From positions 640,001 to 704,000 of the forward strand of contig OY969724.1 of NCBI GenBank assembly GCA_963702205.1: DNA of 64,000 bases. The letters are read 5' to 3'. The notes beneath the pieces were generated by a model. The model did not search any database. It saw only the letters and a program-made list of their open reading frames with translations, and was not told the DNA's origin. Positions 53,466 through 62,879 of the stretch are shown one piece after another (positions within the stretch are counted from its first letter, which is position 1; every line of letters starts with the position of its first letter). Position numbers and translations under genes: made by a program. Source of the stretch: an uncultured candidate division Zixibacteria bacterium (GTDB lineage Bacteria > Zixibacteria > MSB-5A5 > GN15 > PGXB01).

Positions 53466-53593
53466 CTAACGGCGCCAGAACGGCGGCAACTCCAAAGGAA
53501 AGAGGTGTCTCTTCGCTATTGTGCTCCAGTTGAGCGCGATGAAAGCGACAATAGCGACGAGGCAATTATCAGCGTAAGGGTGCGAATTGTCAT
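53466..53593 (-). pseudogene. decayed 5' remnant of a LapA-like membrane protein (paralog of 58360-58773)
   Basis: Across frameshifts it reads MTIRTLTLII/LVAIVAFIALNWSTIA/TPLSFGVAAVLAPL, versus MKIRTFLIVIGLIAITAFVALNWSAIM..TTLSLGVASVQAPL. Confidence 0.75.
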
Positions 53594-53633
53594 ACTCATT
53601 CTCCAAGAAACACTGTGGGTTTTACCCATAATA

Positions 53634-53692
53634 AGTATAGCTGAATAAATTGGCCTGACAATCGGCCAAAGGATTGAAAAGAGATCTAGTCC
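53634..53692 (-). promoter_or_regulatory. promoter with palindromic operator, copy A
   Basis: CAATCG-GCCAAA-GGATTG (53659-76) overlapping minus-strand TTGTCA-16 bp-TATACT. Confidence 0.7.
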
Positions 53693-54007
53693 ATCAGAGT
53701 GAGGTGTCTGTCGCGGTTTTCATGATTGCGCGCTGGAGTATTGGGGTTTAAAGCAGTTGTGTTGGTGAGATAAACCAGTTGCAGATGATTTCGACGAAGT
53801 AATGCCTGCAATTCATCCAATTTTGAGATTACAGAAGCTGTCAGAGCAGGCCGTTATGCCTACTGATGAACTTGAATGTAACGAGCGTAACGTAGTCGAC
53901 GAATCCAAGTTCACGTTGGATGAGAAAGCCGGTCGGTACTTGGTGAACGACAGATTATGAGACGCCCGGCATCGGAATCCTTCGACGCATAATCGCGACG
54001 GTGCCAC

Positions 54008-54379
54008 TCATGACTCATCCTGGAGTTCTTGCCCAGGTGGGGGTGGGTCAGTTCTATCTCTTCTTTGATCCAGTTGCCGCTCGAGGGTGCTCTCAATCAA
54101 TCTGGTTAACTTATCTGCAGCGCCATCGACGGCTTGATCTACGGTTGAGGCCTGGTGAGTAACAGCGATGGGTTGGCGCCCTTCAAGACGGGCTTCCAGC
54201 ATACAACGCATAGTATCATGGCCGACCTTTTTGTCGCTATTTTCATCACTCAAATGGACTTCCACTCGTGTGATCTGATCGCTGTATCGGCCCAAGGCAC
54301 CTTCCACGAGACCACTGATCTCGGTGGCCAAGGCCCCATGAATTTCGATGTTGTGCCCGCTACTTATTTGGATCTGCAT
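54008..54379 (-). CDS. HPF/RaiA family ribosome-associated protein
   Basis: MQIQI, ITRVEVHLSDEN, RCMLEARL.G..PIAV, AVDGAADKL. Confidence 0.9.
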   Translation of the reverse strand: MQIQISSGHNIEIHGALATEISGLVEGALGRYSDQITRVEVHLSDENSDKKVGHDTMRCMLEARLEGRQPIAVTHQASTVDQAVDGAADKLTRLIESTLERQLDQRRDRTDPPPPGQELQDES

Positions 54380-54408
54380 GATGTTCTCCTCAGTTAATTT
54401 CCAATTGG

Positions 54409-54843
54409 TCAATAACGGTAAATTCCGGCCAGTCCCGTCTGCCCCGGCATCTTTTCCTTCGGAACGACGACTACCTGCCCGCCCATCTTGACGACCAGTT
54501 CGCCGAGATCATCGAGTAGGTCATTGACCTGCGGATCGTTAAGATCAGCCGTTTCGATTTGACCCGTCGAGCTGTCGAGTCGCCCGGCAATCTGGCGGTC
54601 GGACTCAATTAGAAGCGTCGCGACCCTCCCAGTTGCGGCAGCCATTCCAACTTGAATCAGGTCGTCACTGCCACGAGAATTGGATTTCGCGAGTACGAAA
54701 TCATTATTCAATGCCGCCAGCCGCGCCTGATACTTCGGCTCGACGATTTGCCACGCGCGTTGCCGAAGTTCATCAATAGGCAATTCGGCGGGATTCAAAG
54801 TGAGCCCCGTCTCCATCAGAAGCGCGCCCAAGTCTCCTGACAC
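54409..54843 (-). pseudogene. C-terminal fragment of a baeRF3 (aeRF1-like, Balon-related) protein
   Basis: AAATGRVATLL, DLLDDL.E.V...GGQVVVV...MP...GLAGIYRY; only 144 aa, N-terminal and middle domains missing. Confidence 0.7.
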
Positions 54844-54876
54844 TCAAGAGATGAGCCCGGAGACGACGGCTTCAGT

Positions 54877-55077
54877 TCACTTCGACGACGATACGTAAGT
54901 CGTGCTCCCCTCAGCGTGATACTCCACTTTGCCTTCGCGCGCCAGCCAGCCTAGCGCCTGATAGGCCAAAGCTTCATTTTCTTTCAACATCTTTGGTACC
55001 TGGGAGAGCGCTACCTTATCGTTCTTCTGCAGTAGTCTCCAGACTTTCCCTGCTGACGTTCCGATTGCTTCCTTCAT
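54877..55077 (-). CDS. winged-helix domain protein (DUF2582-like)
   Basis: IG..AGKVW..L ... ALGWLAREGKV; RBS AGGAG. Confidence 0.85.
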   Translation of the reverse strand: MKEAIGTSAGKVWRLLQKNDKVALSQVPKMLKENEALAYQALGWLAREGKVEYHAEGSTTYVSSSK

Positions 55078-55144
55078 GTGATTCTCCTAAAAGCGTTAGT
55101 TTCAGCTACGAGAAGCATACGACCGCGATGATATTCTGCCTTGG

Positions 55145-56096
55145 TTACTGAGCAGGCATCCTGTTCGCGCCTGGCCGTCCTTCGTCGATAACATTTAGCT
55201 GGACACCACTCATCTTGACCCGCTCTGGTCTTCCCCAGTCGCTCCAGTGCACATTGTTGAGTTGATACATCGCCAGGTGATGCGGTACGTTACTGTAGAA
55301 CGTCCTTTGAAAAGTCACTTGGCGAAATATATTGAGACAGACATTCCCCAGATGTTTTCTCTTGATAGCTATCAATGGTTTGCTGGTAACGATAGAACAC
55401 ATCTATGGTTTTGGAGATGCAGGTTGCTGCAATGTCGAAGAAGGCCTGCACTGTACCTATAATTATGAACGTGCTCCAAAGACCGCCGGCCTTTTGGATA
55501 CTACTGATTTCCCTTGCAGGTGGCTTTTCCCTGAAGCCTATCACAGAGCTCAACAGATTCCCTCCATAATTGGCAATAGTGGCTCCAGGTAAGACGTACC
55601 CGTAATCCGATTCCATTCTGTCGGGTGTCGCTCCAATCAGTACCAGTTTGTCAGGGATAAGAGCACTCAACTCGATAGCACCCTGGATTGATTCGATGAA
55701 AGTAGCTTCCGGCTCAACAAAGTGATCGGAGGGGAATATCACCACGCGGGCACCGGGATCACACCGCATGATATGGCTGAGAGCGAAGTAAATGGCTCCG
55801 GCAGTTCCCCGATCGGCAGGTTGCACCAACAAGTCAACATGCCGCCTTCCGATCTGTATTTTCGATATCTGTTCAAAATCACGGACTGTTACCGCGACTA
55901 TTTTGCCATCTGGCGCGATTCGTCGAGCCCTATCCAGAGTCGACTGGAACATTGATTTCTCGCCGTGCAGAACGCAGAATTGCTTGGGCTCTGAGACGCC
56001 AAATGAAGCATTGATCCAGGCACGCATCCGGGTACCATCTCCGCCTGCCAAAACTACTGACCAGAGGCCTCCCTGATTTTCAGTGTTTTTAGTCAT
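55145..56096 (-). pseudogene. mannose-1-phosphate guanylyltransferase-like nucleotidyltransferase with a +1 frameshift near the 3' end
   Basis: VLAGGDGTR, PKQF, QPADRGTA, FPSDH, YGYV, FREKP, SDFSKDVLQ. Removing base 55292 continues into NVPHHL...WSDWGRPERV. Confidence 0.85.
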
Positions 56097-56301
56097 GGAT
56101 ATATGTCACTCCGTTTTAATCCTTCGTCTTGATTGCCATTGATCTCTTCCATACTGTTGAGAGTTAGGCTAACAAATTACGGAGGAGGAGAACTTAGTCC
56201 TATCCTTATTATCTGCTAGCGTATAACCGACACACGGTCGGAATCGAATCAGCCTGAAGGGCTTTCCGTTTCCCTTCAAGCCAATCGACATAGACTGTAC
56301 C

Positions 56302-56547
56302 TTACTTCTTGGCAGGAGCCGGCTTCCTATAATCTTCATAGGCCTTGCCGAATTTCGCGTCATGGTGCGTGAGCTTCTCGATAACGTGTTTCCGCACTTC
56401 CGAGGTTTTCATGCCTTCTCTGTGCTTGACGCCTTCGGAGATGCTGCGTGCTGTCTTCTCGTCGGCACCCGCACTCCTCATTGATTTTTCAATCTTCTTG
56501 TTCGAGAACTCTTCCTGCTTCTCTGAACGCTTCTTGATATTCATCAT
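56302..56547 (-). CDS. stand-alone ATP-cone domain protein
   Basis: IKKRS...EEFS..KI..S...AG......I.........TSEVR..V...L......AY; 81 aa. Confidence 0.7.
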   Translation of the reverse strand: MMNIKKRSEKQEEFSNKKIEKSMRSAGADEKTARSISEGVKHREGMKTSEVRKHVIEKLTHHDAKFGKAYEDYRKPAPAKK

Positions 56548-56740
56548 AGTACATACTCCTTGTATAAGGTTATTAAGTGGTTCCTGTTTTCTTCTGATTT
56601 GCACCGGTGGCTGACCTGTTTTCGCGTCGTTTGCGGCGCGTTGTGTTAGTGAGCCATCCATGGGTCATGCGATACGACCTCTACTTGTTGCAGTACAGAT
56701 CGGTTTACTACATCTACAAGTACGTTCTTTTAGTTACAAA

Positions 56741-56774
56741 CGTCAATCGGCCAAAGGAGTGGTTTTGGATCTAG
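56741..56774 (-). promoter_or_regulatory. palindromic operator, copy B
   Basis: CAATCG-GCCAAA-GGAGTG...GATCTAG with the same spacing as copy A; overlaps minus-strand TTGACG. Confidence 0.6.
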
Positions 56775-57138
56775 CTCGTATGATGGATAGATCGAGATCT
56801 CAAATGACCCAGAGCACTCGGATTTATGATTTGAGGGAGATGCAGGTTCAGGCACTCATTCCGTTTTCCTTGACGATCAGAGTGTAGCCGCCTTGTAACT
56901 TACCGCGTGGCTGCTTGATTGACCGCGACGCCTGCTTATTAAGGGGCATTACCATAAAACAGAAATTATATGCATCATCGTCGCGTGGTCTATTGTCCAA
57001 ACTCACGCTGTCAACCTTGCCATACGCTTCGAATGTCTTGCGGGGCTGCGATGCCGAGGTGTTGGACGATAAATTGCCTGCCTGGATAATAATACCATTC
57101 TCTCTTTGTTAGGGCAGTAGCCATCAGTGCAATATAAC

Positions 57139-57405
57139 TTACCTGCAAAAGTCAAGCTCGGCGGCAAGCAAACTGGGGTGACACTTCATCGCATAACAAA
57201 TTCGATCGGTGAAGAAGTGGTATTGTGCTTTTCCTATTGCGACCATTCTTCGAGAAGCGCAAACTCAGTATTACCGTAGCGATTTTCGATAATCTCGCAG
57301 GGCAAGCACCCGTTTTCGAAGTGAATTAAACTGACCAATTCAAGCAGACGCAGTCGAATTTCGCCCGCTTTCTCGGGAAGACCTCGTATCCTTATAAGCA
57401 AAAAA
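57139..57405 (-). pseudogene. decayed antibiotic-biosynthesis-monooxygenase-like gene
   Basis: IR.LPEK..E....L......E.GCL.CEI.......F.LLEEW, then a stop and frameshift before HF. Confidence 0.45.
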
Positions 57406-57557
57406 GGTTGTGCTGCAGGCCTTTCAATATTGCAGAAGGGCATGTGGCGCATCCAATTCTGTGTCGGCGAGACGATAGATTTTGCTTGACATGGTTTAGC
57501 CTAATTTTTTAATTTTGTGGTGAGCCTATTGCCGACTGGATCTCAAAGGAACTAGAC

Positions 57558-58238
57558 ATGTCGAAAATCAGAGTCCTATTAATAGAGGATAATCGCCTTT
57601 TGCGCGAAGGTATCACGGCGATGCTGAACGAACAGCCGGATATCCGGGCTGTGTCGACAACGGGCAATGGTGATGCCTTTGAAAAAGCTAAAAAAATACA
57701 GCCGCAGGTGGTCCTCCTTGATCTAGGCCTGAGAAGTCAGAACAGCCTACGAATCGCAGAGATCATAAAGAAGGAATTCCCCAAGACCGAAATTGTGGTG
57801 ATGGATCTTATTCCTACGCAGACCGAAGTCGCCGAGTTTGTCCAGGTGGGTGTTGCCGGTTTTATCTTAAAGGATGCGACGATCGACGATTTCCTTCATA
57901 CAATCCGATCGGTCGCCGAAGGCAAGAAAGTCCTCCCACCTTCCCTGACCGATACGCTTTTTTCACATATAGTGGAGTACGCAGTCAAGAGCGGAAAGGC
58001 TGACCGATTAATGAAAGCGGTCAGGTTAACCAGGCGAGAACATGAAGTGGTCGATCTAATCGCGAGAGGGATGAGCAACAAAGAAATCGCCAACGAACTT
58101 CATATTGCCGTTCATACAGTCAAGAGTCATGTTCACAACACTCTTGAAAAGCTGGCTCTCCATACCAGGCTGGAAATAGCCTCCTTCGCCCTCACCGAAG
58201 GAATGGTGAGAAAATCTTCAGACCCCGACTCCGTGTAA
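57558..58238 (+). CDS. NarL/FixJ (LuxR HTH) family response regulator
   Basis: VLLIEDN.LLREG, VVLLD, GFILKD; LT.RE.EV..LIA.G.SNKEIA..L.I...TVK.HV. Confidence 0.95.
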   Translation: MSKIRVLLIEDNRLLREGITAMLNEQPDIRAVSTTGNGDAFEKAKKIQPQVVLLDLGLRSQNSLRIAEIIKKEFPKTEIVVMDLIPTQTEVAEFVQVGVAGFILKDATIDDFLHTIRSVAEGKKVLPPSLTDTLFSHIVEYAVKSGKADRLMKAVRLTRREHEVVDLIARGMSNKEIANELHIAVHTVKSHVHNTLEKLALHTRLEIASFALTEGMVRKSSDPDSV

Positions 58239-58260
58239 TCAATTATCCTCTAAGTCATTG

Positions 58261-58319
58261 GGACTAGCTCCCTTTTCAATCGTTTGGCCGATTGTCAGAA
58301 TAAATATATCAGTTATCTT
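58261..58319 (+). promoter_or_regulatory. promoter with palindromic operator, copy C
   Basis: CAATCG-TTTGGC-CGATTG (58277-94) overlapping TTGTCA-16 bp-TATCTT; 35/38 identical to the reverse complement of 53655-53692. Confidence 0.7.
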
Positions 58320-58359
58320 TAACATGAGTCAGTCTCACAATTTTACCTGGAGTACAGAT

Positions 58360-58773
58360 ATGAAGATTCGCACGTTTTTGATAGTGATTGGATTGATTGC
58401 AATTACTGCATTCGTTGCTCTTAACTGGAGTGCGATCATGACAACGACGACCCTGTCCCTGGGAGTTGCCTCCGTTCAGGCGCCGCTCGGATTCCTGATG
58501 CTAGCGCTGTTGTCCCTGTTCTCATTGTTGTTCCTTGTCTTTTTTATCTACTCAAAGACTTCGGGATTTTTCAAAGAACGGCAACATTCGAAAGAAATGC
58601 AGGCCACGCAGGAACTGGCTGACAATTCCGAAACCTCGCGGTTTACCGAATTACGCGAGTTACTGGGTGCAGGACTGAAGAAGCAGTCGGAGCTATACGC
58701 GGAATCGACGGCGACAGTGCTGGCAAAACTGGAGCAACTTGATATTAATCTCCGCTCTGCAATTAGGGCATAG
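58360..58773 (+). CDS. LapA-like two-TM membrane protein
   Basis: F.ALNW......LSLG...VQAPLG, LAD.SE.SRFTELR. Confidence 0.8.
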   Translation: MKIRTFLIVIGLIAITAFVALNWSAIMTTTTLSLGVASVQAPLGFLMLALLSLFSLLFLVFFIYSKTSGFFKERQHSKEMQATQELADNSETSRFTELRELLGAGLKKQSELYAESTATVLAKLEQLDINLRSAIRA

Positions 58774-58833
58774 CGGTACTCGCTCAAACCAAATGCGAAT
58801 ATGAGTTATTCAAAAAGAAAGGAATATACTACT

Positions 58834-59121
58834 ATGAGTAAGAAAGCAGAGTACGAAAAGAAACTGCAGACACAGCTTGACGATTTCAGTGCCGAGATAG
58901 AGAAGCTTAAGTCAAGAGCCGACAAGACCGAAGGCGACGCAGAACCGTGGCATCACAAACAGATCGAAGTGTTGCAGGAGAAGCACAAACAAGCCAAAGA
59001 AAAACTTGGTGAACTCAGAGACGCCGGAGACGATGCGTGGGAAGATATGAAGGAAGGCATTTCTTCAGCGTGGGATTCAGTCAGCGTGGCCCTTAAATCG
59101 GCCGCGAAAAGGTTTGAATAG
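58834..59121 (+). CDS. coiled-coil stress protein (sll1863-like), paralog of 51808-52095
   Basis: MSKKAEYEKKLQ.Q.D...AEI..LK..AD ... DAWEDMKEG..SAWD. Confidence 0.8.
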   Translation: MSKKAEYEKKLQTQLDDFSAEIEKLKSRADKTEGDAEPWHHKQIEVLQEKHKQAKEKLGELRDAGDDAWEDMKEGISSAWDSVSVALKSAAKRFE

Positions 59122-59608
59122 CCTTCCTGTTCGCGGAGATGATGATGAGTCAAGTCACAGGAACAACACGACCTCGTTTGATAATGATACTGCTATCTCA
59201 TGAAGAGTCCACGTATGTCGATATCGCCACATTAACGACCTCCGAAAGGACCATATCAAGATGATCATTGGCAAGCTTCGCAGGTTGATTCCGCACTATC
59301 TCATACAGCATGCTGACCGTTTCGTGACAGCCACGGACAGTTCATTGCATTGCATCTGCACACGGCCTCACCAAGTGAAGAGAAGATACTCAGCTCATTG
59401 AAGCGTTTCTACCCGGTCACTAATGAGGTTGTCACCGATGCTGCTGTTGATTATTGGGAAAACGAGGGCGGCGCGTTGGCTTGCCAAGGTCGAGAGTGCC
59501 TACCTATTGCAGACTGTCTATCGGCGTAATCGATTCAGTTGCCAAAGCCCCGATACGCACTATGTGGATGTATGTGAATGGTACAAACTAAGACAGAAAG
59601 TCAGCAAT

Positions 59609-60289
59609 ATGATCTCGTTCAAGAAGAACCTTACTGCGGGCCTCCTAGCAGCAGTACCACTCTGGGTAACCTGGCTCGTAATAGCGTTTCTTCTGGGTCT
59701 CGCTATCGATCTTGCTGGACCTTTGACTCGATGGCTTGTCTCCATCATTCGTACCAGTTTCCCAAGCGCAGCTGACGCTTTGGGTTCAGATCTATCTCTG
59801 CATACCATATCTGTGTTGCTGCTTCTCGTCATTCTATACTGCCTTGGATGGTTAGCTACGCACGTGGTTGGTCGCCAGTTCATGAGGGCCATAGATTACA
59901 TTTTGAAGAAGATTCCGCTTGCGGGGAAGATATATGCGGGAACAAAGCAGGTTGTCGCAGCTCTTCAAGCCACACCTAACCAATCCAAACAAGTCGTCTT
60001 GATTGAGTACCCTCATCCCGGAATGAAGACAGTCGGGCTGGTAACAAAGAGGTTGACTGATAGCTCATCAGGCAAGCCCTTGCTGGCAGTGTACGTACCA
60101 ACGACACCGAACCCAACGTCCGGGTTTCTTGAGATAGTACCAGAAGCACACGTGACACCAACGGATTGGTCAGTTAATGATGCAATTGCATTTATTATGT
60201 CAGGTGGATCGGTGGGTCCACAGGAAGTGGACTTCTCATCACATGCGACGATAGGCGAGATGGAAAGGCGCGAATTCGAAGATGAATAG
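59609..60289 (+). CDS. DUF502 family membrane protein
   Basis: AGLL..VPL.VT, KIPL...IY, VVLIEYP, VYVPTTPNPTSGFL. Confidence 0.9.
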   Translation: MISFKKNLTAGLLAAVPLWVTWLVIAFLLGLAIDLAGPLTRWLVSIIRTSFPSAADALGSDLSLHTISVLLLLVILYCLGWLATHVVGRQFMRAIDYILKKIPLAGKIYAGTKQVVAALQATPNQSKQVVLIEYPHPGMKTVGLVTKRLTDSSSGKPLLAVYVPTTPNPTSGFLEIVPEAHVTPTDWSVNDAIAFIMSGGSVGPQEVDFSSHATIGEMERREFEDE

Positions 60290-60462
60290 CATTAGTAACT
60301 TACTGGCTACGGTACATACAGGTATGTGGAGGCGTCAATCCTCCAGGGTGTTTTGGTTTACGTGTATGCTGGTACTTGACACGGGGGGCGTCAGATCGTC
60401 TCGCAAGATGCTATCGCAGCCTTCGCTCGGCTATTCAGGGTCCCGAGGGAGGTCAGTCGACT

Positions 60463-61356
60463 ATGATTAGCCAGCCTGCATTGGGTCTTTTTGATTTGCT
60501 GGATGTCGCATTGGTTAGCGTCCTTCTATACGGCGTGTATTCAATGGTGAGCAGGACAAGGGCCACCAGAATACTGGCTGGCTTGGGGGCGGTAGGAGTC
60601 ATGTATCTTGTTGCCCGTTATCTTGATCTCCGCCTGACGGTTGCTATCCTGCAGGCGTTCTTCGCTGTGATCATTATTGCCTTGCTTGTAATCTTTCAGG
60701 ACGAGACGAGACGCTTGTTTGAGCGGATTGGTGACCAGCGATGGCTCAGTAAGCGGGGATATTGGGGTACAGCCGGCATTACTTCTATCGAGAAACGTAT
60801 CCATACTCTAGTAGATACCTCTTTTGATCTGGCTAAACAGCGAATCGGTGCATTGATTGTAATCGAGGGAGACGACAATATAGGGTTGTTACTGTCCGGA
60901 GGTATTAAACTGAACGGTATCCTTAGCGAATCTATCGTCAGGAGCATTTTCGATTCTCATTCTCCGGGTCACGACGGTGCGGTAATAGTCTCGGGGGATA
61001 TGATCTCTCGGTTCGCTTGCCACTTACCCATTTCAGCTGAATCATCGAAGCTAGCAGGCTTCGGAACACGACATGCCGCAGGACTCGGCATCACGGAACG
61101 CAGCGATGCTCTTAGTCTTATTGTATCCGAAGAGCTGGGTTCAGTGACTGTTGCAAGAGGCGGCCAGTTACAGGTGTCTGCAAATCCGGCCGCTTTAGCG
61201 GGCTCATTGCGAGAGTTCTTTGAATCGACAAGTCGTGAAACAGGCGTTGGACAGACTAAGAATCTAATCACGCGTAACTTGCTGCCGAAATTGATATCTG
61301 TCGCGGTTGCGATAGTCCTTTGGATTCTTGTTGTTCTAATTCCGTCAGCTGATTGA
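60463..61356 (+). CDS. membrane diadenylate cyclase (CdaA-type DAC domain)
   Basis: Three N-terminal TMs, VIFQDE.RR, GALIVI, SPGHDGA, GTRHAAG.G..E.SDA....VSEE.G. Confidence 0.88.
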   Translation: MISQPALGLFDLLDVALVSVLLYGVYSMVSRTRATRILAGLGAVGVMYLVARYLDLRLTVAILQAFFAVIIIALLVIFQDETRRLFERIGDQRWLSKRGYWGTAGITSIEKRIHTLVDTSFDLAKQRIGALIVIEGDDNIGLLLSGGIKLNGILSESIVRSIFDSHSPGHDGAVIVSGDMISRFACHLPISAESSKLAGFGTRHAAGLGITERSDALSLIVSEELGSVTVARGGQLQVSANPAALAGSLREFFESTSRETGVGQTKNLITRNLLPKLISVAVAIVLWILVVLIPSAD

Positions 61357-61376
61357 GTTGGAGGGACCAAGGCCTA

Positions 61377-62711
61377 ATGAGGGATTTGCCATCAGATGTG
61401 CGACCGATCAACAGGCTTAGCGGTCCTTTACTGCGCTTTCTGCACGTTGAGGCTGCGAGCGGATTGGTCCTTATTCTCGCGACCGTTTTGGCTTTAGTCG
61501 CTGCGAACACGTCCTTCAGGGACTCCTATACGCAATTCTGGAACCTGGATCTCACTCTGGGCATTGGGGAATGGGCGCTTTCTTATCCGTTATGGTACTG
61601 GGTCAATGACGGTCTCATGACGGTATTTTTCTTCCTGGTCGGTCTGGAAATCAAGAGGGAAATCGTATCTGGCGAGCTGAGGGAAGTCCGTAGATTAGTC
61701 TCGCCCGTGGTGGCTGCGCTAGGAGGCGCAGCTGTTCCAGCTGCAATCTATCTCTTCTTACTCGGTGATCAGCCGGGGGAGCACGGGTGGGCAATCCCTA
61801 TGGCTACAGACATAGCATTCGTTGTTGGCGCCCTTGTACTGCTGGGAAATCGAATCCCTCACGGGCTCAAAGTGTTCCTGCTGACTCTTGCGATAGTTGA
61901 TGACATCATAGCGGTTATAGTGATTGCGATCTTCTATTCAAACCAATTCAGCGTGATATGGTTAGCAGGCGCTATACTTGGACTGGCGGTCGTTGTGATC
62001 TTAAATAGAATCGGGGTGAGGACAGTCGTTGGGTATCTGGTCGTCGGCGCCGGCGTTTGGTTGTGCACTCTTAAGTCCGGAATTCACCCGACTATCTCGG
62101 GCGTTGCCTTGGGACTCCTTACCCCGGCGATTCCATTGATATCAAGAGCAGAACTTGGAAGAGGTTTGAAGCGAGCGACAGAGGCAATCGGTCTGGAGTC
62201 GACACCCAATGAAAGCGCGAAGTTGCGAGAGGTTATGGACAAAATGGCTTTCGTTACACGTGAATCGATATCTCCTTTGGAGAGATTCGAAGCCGATGTG
62301 CATCCCTGGGCAGCCTTTCTGATAATGCCGATTTTCGCTTTGGCAAACGCTGGTATCCCTTTTTCAGTTAGCGCAATATCATCTCCGATAGCCACCACCG
62401 TTGCTCTCGCTCTATTTCTCGGAAAGCCGGTAGGAATCGTATTGAGTCTCCTTTTGGTCGTGAAGACAAGATTGAGCATCATTCCCGGAGGCAGCAACTG
62501 GAGAGCTATCTTCGGTGCGGGATGTTTAGCCGGAATAGGATTCACGATGTCACTGTTCGTGGCGTCCCTTAGTCTTGATGGACAGCTTCTTGTTCAGGCA
62601 AAGGCCGGCGTTTTGATTGGTTCTGCTTTCTCCGCAGTAATTGGAACGGTGATTCTGGTAACGTCCCTCAAAACAAATGCTGGTCATAAGAAGGGGAAAC
62701 GATCAGTATGA
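61377..62711 (+). CDS. nhaA: Na+/H+ antiporter NhaA
   Basis: WVNDGLM..FF..VGLEIKRE, GWAIPMATDIAF, LAIVDD, SGIH.T..GV, FALANAG, GKPVG, GIGFTMSLF. Confidence 0.96.
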   Translation: MRDLPSDVRPINRLSGPLLRFLHVEAASGLVLILATVLALVAANTSFRDSYTQFWNLDLTLGIGEWALSYPLWYWVNDGLMTVFFFLVGLEIKREIVSGELREVRRLVSPVVAALGGAAVPAAIYLFLLGDQPGEHGWAIPMATDIAFVVGALVLLGNRIPHGLKVFLLTLAIVDDIIAVIVIAIFYSNQFSVIWLAGAILGLAVVVILNRIGVRTVVGYLVVGAGVWLCTLKSGIHPTISGVALGLLTPAIPLISRAELGRGLKRATEAIGLESTPNESAKLREVMDKMAFVTRESISPLERFEADVHPWAAFLIMPIFALANAGIPFSVSAISSPIATTVALALFLGKPVGIVLSLLLVVKTRLSIIPGGSNWRAIFGAGCLAGIGFTMSLFVASLSLDGQLLVQAKAGVLIGSAFSAVIGTVILVTSLKTNAGHKKGKRSV

Positions 62712-62809
62712 AGATCTGCAACCGGTTCGCAAACGTGACCCGCCCCCGTATTTCAATTCAGTTCTTATCCTGAATACGTATTGGTGGATCATCATTGCCC
62801 CTATCTCAG

Positions 62810-62839
62810 TGTGACCAAAACGTGACCAAAATGGTTACA
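62810..62839 (+). repeat. candidate integrase arm-type sites
   Basis: TGTGACCAAAA-CGTGACCAAAA-TGGTTACA (two direct, one inverted); same GTGACC(AAA) unit as in both 77-bp repeats. Confidence 0.7.
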
Positions 62840-62879
62840 CGTTATTCGGTGTTATTGGGGGATATTGACTTGCAAACGC

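Noticed and set aside
59317..59529. Open frame containing WENEGG, a motif seen in small hypothetical proteins
   Set aside because: No convincing start or RBS and an in-frame stop upstream; at most a decayed remnant.
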